Shown: positions 7,429 to 14,118 of the stretch, piece by piece
How the letters are laid out: every line of letters begins with the position of its first letter
Numbering within the stretch: position 1 is the first letter of the stretch
Source: a virus
Lineage: Duplodnaviria; Heunggongvirae; Uroviricota; Caudoviricetes
Length of the DNA: 20,040 nucleotides
Strand: one strand, 5' to 3'
Virus record (IMG/VR): IMGVR_UViG_2667527582_000006
Position numbers and translations under genes: made by a program
Notes under the pieces: generated by a model
What the model was told of the DNA's origin: nothing
The model's database searches: none
Seen by the model: only the letters and a program-made list of their open reading frames with translations

Positions 7429-8499
7429 ATGGCTAACGCCTGGCTCAGATTATGGCATGACATGCCAAATGACCCTAAGTGGCGAACAATTGCCAGGGTG
7501 TCAGGGCAGCCAATTGCAACAGTGATGGCAGTGTATATCCACCTCCTGGTGAGCGCGTCACGAAATGTCACGCGAGGTCACATTGATGTCACGACAGAAG
7601 ATTTGGCAAGTGCGCTCGACGTGACAGAAGAGGTAATTGATTCAATTTTGCAGACGATGCAGGGGCGGGTACTTGATGGTGATTTAATCACTGGATGGGA
7701 AAAACGCCAGGTGCTGAAAGAGGACAACGGCAATATTTCGCAAACCGCAAAATCTCCGGCAGAGCGCAAGAGGGCGCAGCGAGAGAGGGAAAGAAAGCGG
7801 GAACAAAATGGCGATTGTCACGGCGCGTCACGAAATGTCACGCACATGTCACGACGAGTCACGACAGATAAAGATACAGATAAAGATACAGATCAAGAAG
7901 ATCAAAACACTATGGTCCATGGCGTAAAAAACGCCACGAACCAGGCAGGGGATGTTCAGACCGTCAATCCTGGTCAGCCAGCAGGCACGACACCGGAAGC
8001 CGATTCAGCGTATGCGCTGAAAGCCGATTCGGGCGCTGTGCAGCAGGTGATGACCCCAAGGCCGGAGCAATCACACCAACTGCAGCAGCCTGAAGCCGAT
8101 TCCGCCATTCAGCGGGAAGCCGATCGGGTAGTCCCGGAAAACACCGGGCTGTCTGTGGGACGAGTGGATTATCCGGATGTGTTCGAACAGGTCTGGCGGG
8201 AGTACCCGTTGCGTGCCGGAGCAAACCCGAAGAAATCCGCTTTCAGTGCCTGGAAGGCCAGATTACGCGAGGGGGTGCCACCAGAGGCCATGCTGGATGG
8301 CGTGAGGCGTTACGCAAGATACTTGGCGGCTACCGGGAAAACGGGAACGGAATTTGTTCAGCGAGCGACGACGTTTTTTGGACCGGACCGGAATTTTGAG
8401 AACCCCTGGTTGCTCCCGGTAAGCGGCACGAACAACCAGCGTTGTGTGAATCATATTTCTGAACCGGATACCGAAATTCCACCGGGCTTCAGGGGGTAA
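7429..8499 (+). CDS. Replication initiator, lambda O-like (replisome organiser N-terminus), containing the origin iterons
   Basis: N-terminus MANAWLRLWHDMPNDPKWRTIARVSGQPIATVMAVYIHLL typical of the phage replisome-organiser N-terminal domain; GAGGTGAG SD; internal iteron arrays. Confidence 0.75.
   Translation: MANAWLRLWHDMPNDPKWRTIARVSGQPIATVMAVYIHLLVSASRNVTRGHIDVTTEDLASALDVTEEVIDSILQTMQGRVLDGDLITGWEKRQVLKEDNGNISQTAKSPAERKRAQRERERKREQNGDCHGASRNVTHMSRRVTTDKDTDKDTDQEDQNTMVHGVKNATNQAGDVQTVNPGQPAGTTPEADSAYALKADSGAVQQVMTPRPEQSHQLQQPEADSAIQREADRVVPENTGLSVGRVDYPDVFEQVWREYPLRAGANPKKSAFSAWKARLREGVPPEAMLDGVRRYARYLAATGKTGTEFVQRATTFFGPDRNFENPWLLPVSGTNNQRCVNHISEPDTEIPPGFRG
7556..7593 (+). repeat. Iteron cluster 1: four GTCAC(G/A) repeats at 10-11 bp spacing
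   Basis: Copies at about 7557, 7567, 7577 and 7588; the 18-mer CGTCACGAAATGTCACGC recurs identically at 7826-7843. Confidence 0.6.
7817..7888 (+). repeat. Iteron cluster 2 (five GTCACG repeats at 10-11 bp spacing) followed by GATAAAGATACA x2 tandem repeat; candidate ori
   Basis: Copies at about 7817, 7827, 7837, 7848 and 7858, then GATAAAGATACAGATAAAGATACA and an A-rich stretch, all inside the O-like ORF. Confidence 0.6.
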
Positions 8500-8539
8500 G
8501 TGTTGATTTCTGGTCATGAGGTAATTTTCAGGAGGGCTT

Positions 8540-8962
8540 GTGGCAAAAGTTTTTACACAAGAAGAGCGAGAAAAAATTAAAGGGCAGGTTGTTGAACTCG
8601 TACGCCAGAGTGGGCGTGAGACGTTACGGCAACTGGAAGTCAAGACAGGTGCGACAAGATATCTGATGAGCGTTCTCGCAAGAGAGCTGGTTGCCAGCGG
8701 CGATGTATACAACTCCGGCTACGGGTTATTCCCCTCTGAACAGGCGCGTAAGGACTGGCAAAACGCCCGCAAAAAACTCTCGAGGGCAAAGGTGAAGAAA
8801 CCTGCTGTGGTTGATCCGGACCTTATCTGGTCATCACCTGACGGAGAAATACGTCGCTACGACAGTCGCCTAAACATAATCTGTCGCGAGTGCCGGAAGA
8901 GTGAAGCTATGCAGCGTGTACTGGCTTTCTATCAGGGTAATTTTCAGGAGGCGGTACTGTGA
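8540..8962 (+). CDS. Hypothetical protein (140 aa), replication-module position
   Basis: GTG start with AGGAGG 4 nt upstream; basic, possibly DNA-binding; no recognised motif. Confidence 0.5.
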   Translation: MAKVFTQEEREKIKGQVVELVRQSGRETLRQLEVKTGATRYLMSVLARELVASGDVYNSGYGLFPSEQARKDWQNARKKLSRAKVKKPAVVDPDLIWSSPDGEIRRYDSRLNIICRECRKSEAMQRVLAFYQGNFQEAVL

Positions 8963-9019
8963 GTGAAATTAGCTATCAGGCTTCAATTACCGCTGGCATT
9001 CGCATCAAAGGAGAGGAGC

Positions 9020-9376
9020 ATGGAAATAAAACCAGAGGATGAGTTAAGCAATATCGTTTTATTTCCGGTAAAAGAGGATGACCCTCGTAATCAGGTTAAT
9101 TTTCTTTATGAGCCATCGGAAAGACCATATTGTCATCACGCCTCTGTCCGGGTTGACGAAAAAGAGCGTCAGGTCCGCTGTAAAATCTGCGGTGCAGTTG
9201 TGGAGCCATTTGACTGGATGCTCTCTGTGGCGAAAAGAGAAACCAGACTGGCAGATGATGTAAGGCTCTTGCGTCAGGAGGAGCGGGAAAGGCGAAAAAA
9301 TATAGAAAAGCTAATTCAGATTGAGCGTAACGCGAAAGCGCGGATACGCAGGGCGACAAAATCCAGAACTGAATAA
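9020..9376 (+). CDS. Hypothetical protein (118 aa) with Cys/His cluster and basic coiled-coil-like C-terminus
   Basis: ATG at 9020 with AGGAGAGGAG SD; CHHASVRVDEKERQVRCKICG possible zinc-binding; the track ORF begins at an upstream GTG (8963). Confidence 0.5.
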   Translation: MEIKPEDELSNIVLFPVKEDDPRNQVNFLYEPSERPYCHHASVRVDEKERQVRCKICGAVVEPFDWMLSVAKRETRLADDVRLLRQEERERRKNIEKLIQIERNAKARIRRATKSRTE

Positions 9377-9469
9377 TTAAATTTAGCTCTGTTAAAAATT
9401 TAATCCTTAACCGGAGGGATTTCTGCACCCTCAGAACATCAGGAGGCCGCCCGAAAGGGCGGTAGTTAA

Positions 9470-9652
9470 ATGCGAAAGTTTAAAATAATTATTGAAACGG
9501 GAATAGCCGGTGGAGATTTCGAGGATGAATTCGAAGTGGATGATGATGCGACGCCTGATGAAATACATGACGAAGCAAAAGATATTTTCTTTAACTACTG
9601 CAATTACTCATATCACGAAATAAAAGACGAAGAGGAAGAACAAAATGGCTGA
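9470..9652 (+). CDS. Small highly acidic protein (60 aa)
   Basis: MRKFKIIIETGIAGGDFEDEFEVDDDATPDEIHDE...; SD AGGAGG separated from the ATG by a GNRA-loop hairpin. Confidence 0.45.
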   Translation: MRKFKIIIETGIAGGDFEDEFEVDDDATPDEIHDEAKDIFFNYCNYSYHEIKDEEEEQNG

Positions 9653-9821
9653 TTTTGGTTCAACTAAATACAACGTCAGTTTTGAAGAATGGCATGAACT
9701 GTTAATGGACTATGCAGAGTTACGTGGTGGCAGTGCTGCTGATGCTGAAGCATGGCGTGATGATTATGAAGCAGGAAAAACTCCGGTCGAAGCATATTGT
9801 GATGAGTGGGGCGATGAATGA
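9645..9821 (+). CDS. Small acidic protein (58 aa), not in the ORF track
   Basis: Manual translation MADFGSTKYNVSFEEWHELLMDYAELRGGSAADAEAWRDDYEAGKTPVEAYCDEWGDE; GAGGAAGAA SD; start overlaps the upstream stop and its stop overlaps the next ATG (ATGA). Confidence 0.4.
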   Translation: MADFGSTKYNVSFEEWHELLMDYAELRGGSAADAEAWRDDYEAGKTPVEAYCDEWGDE

Positions 9822-10134
9822 GCGAGGTTAATTATCAGGAAGGGCATGAAACGGCGGGGCAAGCAAAAACAGTGGCATGGCGATATCGCTACGTGAAAAA
9901 AAAGGCGTTACGGACTTTCAGGGGAAGTAGTGGTCTGGTGACTGGAAATATGTACCGAAAAAAGAGGATTGTAACGACAGGCCGAACTATGAAATTCAGG
10001 CCTTATTCACTGCCCCGCCAGTCCCGGTTACATCAGAAGAACTGGTTAAAGCTGTGCACTTTTATGAACAACTAAAACGCGAAAATCCACCAGCATCCGG
10101 AAACCTGATTACAGATTCCCAGATAAGGCAATGA
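9818..10134 (+). pseudogene. Hypothetical gene with apparent frame disruption: ATG frame 9818-10075 and a more protein-like -1 frame from 9931 to 10134
   Basis: Annotated frame after the A8 tract (9896-9903) is K/R-rich and junk-like; the -1 frame encodes ...DWKYVPKKEDCNDRPNYEIQALFTAPPVPVTSEELVKAVHFYEQLKRENPPASGNLITDSQIRQ but has no start codon. Confidence 0.3.
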
Positions 10135-10304
10135 GCTACCTGGCGCAGAACGGGCTGATAAGTATGGGGAATGTTTTACGATGAATATTTAGACTAAAGA
10201 GTTTGTAACGCTATGTAAGTGATTTTTTCTGGTTTAGATATTTATATGTCCGGCCAAATTGAGGTGTGTTTAAATGTAATTGCACATTGATTGTAGGAGG
10301 AATA

Positions 10305-10484
10305 ATGAAAAACGCATTGCAGTTTTTGTTTGTTGCGTTCTGGTTGTTCGTATCATGTATGCCCATCATCTTCACAGCAAGGTATATGGAAAAAGTTGAT
10401 GTTTTGATATTAATATTTGGATATATAAATGCCCTTTTTTTAGGGGTGTTCATGGCGGTCATGTGCATTGAATACTGGCGGTAA
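10305..10484 (+). CDS. Small hydrophobic membrane protein (59 aa, two predicted TM segments) in an AT-rich moron
   Basis: MKNALQFLFVAFWLFVSCMPIIF...LILIFGYINALFLGVFMAVMCIEYWR; strong AGGAGG SD; AT-rich surroundings. Confidence 0.5.
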   Translation: MKNALQFLFVAFWLFVSCMPIIFTARYMEKVDVLILIFGYINALFLGVFMAVMCIEYWR

Positions 10485-10629
10485 ATACAGCGAACGCCAT
10501 TGGTTTAGTTGGATATTTACTGTGCCGGACAAAAACGGTTTGCGGGGAAATCTTAGTTAAGTAGAATGACTGCGGGTGCTTGAGGCTATCTGTCTCAGGC
10601 ATGAACACCAAAAGGCAGATAGAGAAAAG

Positions 10630-10693
10630 CCCCAGTTAACATTACGCGTCCTGCAAGACGCTTAACATTAATCTGAGGCCATATCTATGCGAC
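10630..10693 (-). ncRNA. Putative Sok-like antisense RNA of the hok locus (extent approximate)
   Basis: Minus-strand promoter-like TTGACC (10729-10724), 18-nt spacer, TAATCT (10705-10700); the transcript would be antisense to the leader-ORF start region, as in hok/sok. Confidence 0.3.
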
Positions 10694-10746
10694 ACATAGA
10701 GATTAGCCTCTTACGGACCGAAAGGTCAAGGAGAAGCAGGCTATGA
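10687..10746 (+). CDS. Putative mok-like leader ORF (19 codons), translationally coupled to hok
   Basis: ATG at 10687; stop TGA overlaps the hok ATG (cuAUGA). Confidence 0.3.
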   Translation: MRHIEISLLRTERSRRSRL

Positions 10747-10898
10747 AGCAGCAAAAGGCGATGTTAATCGCCCTGATCGTCATCTGTTTAACCGTCATAG
10801 TGACGGCACTGGTAACGAGGAAAGACCTCTGCGAGGTACGAATCCGAACCGGCCAGACGGAGGTCGCTGTCTTCACAGCTTACGAACCTGAGGAGTAA
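10743..10898 (+). CDS. hokD: Hok-family type I toxin (HokD/RelF-like, 51 aa)
   Basis: MKQQKAMLIALIVICLTVIVTALVTRKDLCEVRIRTGQTEVAVFTAYEPEE: single TM helix and conserved Hok periplasmic tail with Cys. Confidence 0.85.
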   Translation: MKQQKAMLIALIVICLTVIVTALVTRKDLCEVRIRTGQTEVAVFTAYEPEE

Positions 10899-10966
10899 GA
10901 GACCTGGCGGGGGAGAAATCCCTCGCCACCTCTGATGTGTCAGGCATCCTCAACGCACCCGCACGT

Positions 10967-10993
10967 AACCCGCTTCGGCGGGTTTTGTTTTTT
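10967..10993 (+). terminator. Rho-independent terminator of the hok transcript
   Basis: CCCGC-TTCG-GCGGG hairpin followed by TTTTGTTTTTT. Confidence 0.7.
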
Positions 10994-11065
10994 CCTGGCA
11001 TTCTGGTTTACAATTCGCACGCCAGCCTGAACAACTGGCACCTGCTGCGCCAGCAGAGACAACCG

Positions 11066-11344
11066 ATGGCGCACGATACCAAATTACACAATTCTAATGA
11101 TTCTGCCGTCTTTGCCAGTAGGTGCGGACGGCGTTTTCACGCATTCAAATCAGACTGGTTCCAGCATCCTCCATGCACTGAAGAGCAGGCGGAATGGATA
11201 ATTCAGTGTTACCGCAGGCGCGGATACGAGGTTAAGAAAGCTCTTAGCCTCGACTACCGTCACTGGATAATCTCAGTCAGACTCCCTTACTCCGAACGCC
11301 CACCGCGTTCATCCCGCACATACCAGCAACGGATCTGGAGGTAA
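11066..11344 (+). CDS. Hypothetical small protein (rem-like position between hok and ydfU)
   Basis: ORF in frame with track ORF 10937..11344; the first ATG downstream of the hok terminator is at 11066; stop abuts the ydfU-like start. Confidence 0.45.
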   Translation: MAHDTKLHNSNDSAVFASRCGRRFHAFKSDWFQHPPCTEEQAEWIIQCYRRRGYEVKKALSLDYRHWIISVRLPYSERPPRSSRTYQQRIWR

Positions 11345-11345
11345 C

Positions 11346-12395
11346 GTGCGGGTATTACTTCGACCTGTTCTGGTACCGGAACTCGGGGTGGTGATCGTTA
11401 AGCCGGGCCGTGAATCCATGCCGGTATTCCACAATACCCGGGTACTGGTGGAGCCGGAACCGAAAAGCATGCGTAATCTGCCGTCCGGGGTCGTTCCTGC
11501 CGTTCGCCAGCCGCTGGTGGAAGACAAAACATTGCTGCCGTTTTTCAGTAACGCACGGGTGATTCGTGCTGCTGGTGGTGCTGGTGCATTGTCTGACTGG
11601 CTGTTGCGCCATATTAAATCCTGCCAGTGGCCACACGGCGATTATCACCACAGTGAAACCGTCATTCACCGTTATGGTACCGGCGCAATGGTGTTGTGCT
11701 GGCACTGCGACAACCAGCTGCGTGACCAGACATCCGAATCACTCGAGCAACTTGCTCATCAAAACCTGTCAGCATGGATGATTGACGTCATCGGTCACGC
11801 AATAAGCGGTACGCAGGAGCGTGAATTATCTCTGGCTGAATTATCCTGGTGGGCGGTCCGAAATCAGGTGGCGGATGCGCTACCTGAAGCGGTATTACGT
11901 CGCTCGCTGGGATTACCAGCGGAAAAAATCCGCTCAATGTACCGCGAAAGCGACATCGTACCGGGAGAGCAGACCGCCACCAGCATATTGAAACAGCGCA
12001 CAAAAAATCTTGCACTGTTGCCTCACGCCCACCAGGAACAACACCCACTACAGGAAAGGACGGTGGTAAGCATCACCGTTGATCCTGAGTCTCCGGAATC
12101 TTTCATGAAGCTACCTAAACGTCGCCGCTGGGTTAAGGAGAAATACACTCGCTGGGTGAAGACACAGCCGTGTGCTTGCTGCGGTATGCCAGCCGACGAT
12201 CCGCATCATCTGATTGGTCACGGGCAGGGCGGAATGGGAACCAAAGCACATGATCTTTTTGTGTTGCCTTTATGCAGAAAGCATCACGACGAACTGCATA
12301 CGGATACCGTGGCATTTGAAGAGAAGTATGGCTCCCAACTGGAGCTGATTTTTCGATTTATCGATCACGCGCTGGCAATTGGTGTGCTGGCCTAA
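11346..12395 (+). CDS. ydfU: DUF968-family prophage protein (YdfU-like, 349 aa) with C-terminal Cys/His-rich HNH-like segment
   Basis: GTG start with GGAGG SD; C-terminal CACCGMPADDPHHLIGHGQGGMGTKAHDLFVLPLCRKHHDELH; size and position match remembered ydfU. Confidence 0.7.
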   Translation: MRVLLRPVLVPELGVVIVKPGRESMPVFHNTRVLVEPEPKSMRNLPSGVVPAVRQPLVEDKTLLPFFSNARVIRAAGGAGALSDWLLRHIKSCQWPHGDYHHSETVIHRYGTGAMVLCWHCDNQLRDQTSESLEQLAHQNLSAWMIDVIGHAISGTQERELSLAELSWWAVRNQVADALPEAVLRRSLGLPAEKIRSMYRESDIVPGEQTATSILKQRTKNLALLPHAHQEQHPLQERTVVSITVDPESPESFMKLPKRRRWVKEKYTRWVKTQPCACCGMPADDPHHLIGHGQGGMGTKAHDLFVLPLCRKHHDELHTDTVAFEEKYGSQLELIFRFIDHALAIGVLA

Positions 12396-12412
12396 TTTTG
12401 TGGAGTAAGTTG

Positions 12413-12459
12413 ATGCGTGATATTCAGATGGTTCTTGAGCGTTGGGGAGCGTGGGCGGC
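12413..12459 (+). CDS. Antitermination protein Q-like, N-terminal fragment only (truncated by the assembly gap)
   Basis: MRDIQMVLERWGAWA... with GGAG SD; reading frame runs into the N tract. Confidence 0.5.
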
Positions 12460-12469
12460 NNNNNNNNNN
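12460..12469. other. Assembly gap (10 N)
   Basis: Run of n characters in the sequence. Confidence 0.97.
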
Positions 12470-12481
12470 AATTCATATCAA

Positions 12482-12506
12482 CGGACCTCCACGGAGGTCC
12501 GTTTTT
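12482..12506 (+). terminator. Rho-independent terminator-like hairpin just right of the gap
   Basis: CGGACCTCC / GGAGGTCCG perfect inverted repeat followed by TTTTT. Confidence 0.6.
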
Positions 12507-12665
12507 GCATTCTAAGCCCGCCAAAACCAACATTCCTACAATCCCTTAACTCCACCCAACTCAATCAACTTCAACCCGCATCAAGTCCCTTGCGAGGGTA
12601 CAACTGAGGGTATAGTCTGATTCGATAAAATTTATACCCCTTTTTACTATCAGGAGATACCGCCA

Positions 12666-13928
12666 ATGGCGCTCACTGACGCTAAAATCCGTGCCGCTAA
12701 ACCGGATGAAAAACCTTATAAACTTGCCGACAGCGGCAACATGTTCTTGCTCGTTCACCCTAACGGCTCTCGCTACTGGCGGCTCCGCTATCGGTTTCTG
12801 GGCAAAGAGAAAACGCTCGCTCTGGGGGTCTATCCTGAAGTCTCGTTATCAGAAGCAAGGGAAAAACGCGATACGGCGAGAAAGCTGATAGCTGAGGGAA
12901 CTGACCCATGCGAACAGAAAAGGATCAAAAAGTCGGTACCCGAAACAGCTCAGACATTTGAAGGCATCGCAAGACAGTGGCATAAGAGCAACAAAAAATG
13001 GTCAGCCTCACACAATGAGAGGATACTGAAAAGCCTCGAAACTCATGTTTTCCCCTTTATTGGTTCACGTGACATTACCACCCTCAGGACTCCCGATTTA
13101 CTTGTTCCCGTTAAAGCAGCCGAAGCAAAGGAGATATATGAAATCGCAGCGCGCCTTCAGCAGCGTATCACTGCAATCATGCGCTATGCTGCCCAGTCAG
13201 GCATTATCACCTATAACCCTGCCTTGGATATGGCTGGCGCGTTAACCACAGTGAAACGCCAGCACCGCCCTGCCCTCGCCTTAAATCGCATTTCAGAGCT
13301 TCTTGAACGACTGGATGCCTACAGAGGACAACCTCTCACCCGGCAGGCAACTAAACTCACCCTGCTTATCTTCATCCGTTCCAGCGAACTACGCTTTGCC
13401 AGGTGGTCTGAGATCGACTTCAAGAAAGCCATGTGGACCATTCCTCCTGAGCGGAAACCTATTGAAGGGGTCAAGTATTCCCATCGTGGCTCAAAAATGC
13501 GAACAGAGCATCTTGTGCCACTATCTACTCAGGCGGTGAATATACTGAAGCAGATCCACACTATCAGCGGAGAACATGAACTGATTTTCACCGGCGATCA
13601 CAATCCATGGAAACCCATGAGTGAGAACACTGTAAATAACGCACTGCGTCTGATGGGCTATGATACAAAGGTCGATGTCTGTGGTCACGGCTTCCGGGCA
13701 ATGGCCTGTAGTTCGTTGATTGAGTCAGGTCTTTGGTCCAGAGATGCGGTAGAACGGCAGATGAGCCATATGGAACGCAATTCGGTGAGGGCGGCGTATA
13801 TTCATAAAGCGGAACATCTGGATGAGCGCAAGCTGATGTTGCAGTGGTGGGCTGATTTTCTGGATGCCAATCGGGAAAGGGGAATTACGCCGTTTGACTA
13901 TGCGAAGATCAACCGGGGTAATATGTAG
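12666..13928 (+). CDS. P4-type (CP4-like) tyrosine integrase
   Basis: 420 aa; N-terminal MALTDAKIRAAKPDEKPYKLADSGNMFLLVHPNGSRYWRLRYRF arm-binding signature; C-terminal HGFRAM...RAAY catalytic motifs; AGGAGA SD. Confidence 0.85.
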   Translation: MALTDAKIRAAKPDEKPYKLADSGNMFLLVHPNGSRYWRLRYRFLGKEKTLALGVYPEVSLSEAREKRDTARKLIAEGTDPCEQKRIKKSVPETAQTFEGIARQWHKSNKKWSASHNERILKSLETHVFPFIGSRDITTLRTPDLLVPVKAAEAKEIYEIAARLQQRITAIMRYAAQSGIITYNPALDMAGALTTVKRQHRPALALNRISELLERLDAYRGQPLTRQATKLTLLIFIRSSELRFARWSEIDFKKAMWTIPPERKPIEGVKYSHRGSKMRTEHLVPLSTQAVNILKQIHTISGEHELIFTGDHNPWKPMSENTVNNALRLMGYDTKVDVCGHGFRAMACSSLIESGLWSRDAVERQMSHMERNSVRAAYIHKAEHLDERKLMLQWWADFLDANRERGITPFDYAKINRGNM

Positions 13929-13946
13929 CATATGTGTTTAAATATA

Positions 13947-13988
13947 TTAGCTCAGATTTGATCTGACACAGCTCTGGCACAGAGCTAA
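13947..13988. repeat. Nested palindromic element downstream of the integrase
   Basis: TTAGCTC...GAGCTAA outer arms enclosing TCAGAT-ttg-ATCTGA and AGCTCTG-gca-CAGAGCT. Confidence 0.4.
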
Positions 13989-14095
13989 ACCTAATCTGCA
14001 GGCAGCTCTGTTCCATAGGCGGAAGTTTATCTTTGTAGCCTAGATGCCAGTTAGGAAGAAAATAGAGACAGGAAAGATGATGACTAAATCAGTCT

Positions 14096-14118
14096 CCCAC
14101 CCGCACTGTGCGGGTGGG
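14096..14118. repeat. GC-rich hairpin (9-bp stem CCCACCCGC / GCGGGTGGG), possible terminator in the convergent intergenic region
   Basis: Perfect inverted repeat with 5-nt loop; lies between the convergent integrase and MTase genes. Confidence 0.35.

Larger units (their letters stand above)
2..12459. mobile_element. Lambdoid (Qin/Dic-type) prophage segment: integration, recombination, dicB operon, immunity, replication and hok/ydfU/Q modules
   Basis: Synteny int-xis-exo-ydfD-dicB-dicF-ydfCBA-cI / cro-cII-O ... hok-ydfU-Q, matching the remembered order of the K-12 Qin prophage. Confidence 0.7.

Noticed and set aside
7014-8712. Minus-strand ORFs 7014..7295, 7305..7571, 7578..7769, 7964..8224 and 8263..8712
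   Set aside because: Antisense to the cII-like and O-like genes; no start signals; shadow ORFs.
9896-9930. Programmed -1 ribosomal frameshift at A_AAA_AAG producing a fusion protein
   Set aside because: The -1 frame terminates at TAG (9928-9930) after 8 codons, so a simple slip cannot join the two protein-like segments; indel, pseudogene or sequencing error is more parsimonious. Kept as a finding but not called as a recoding site.
10211-10468. Minus-strand ORF 10211..10468
   Set aside because: Antisense to the small membrane-protein gene in an AT-rich region; no RBS.
11355-12315. ORFs 11355..11705 (minus), 11566..11781 (plus), 11788..12048 (minus) and 12133..12315 (minus)
   Set aside because: All within or antisense to the DUF968 ydfU-like gene.
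12470-12665. tRNA or tmRNA gene adjacent to the P4-type integrase
   Set aside because: Looked for a tRNA 3' end (T-arm/acceptor/CCA-like) and found only a terminator hairpin; no tRNA called. It may lie in the gap.
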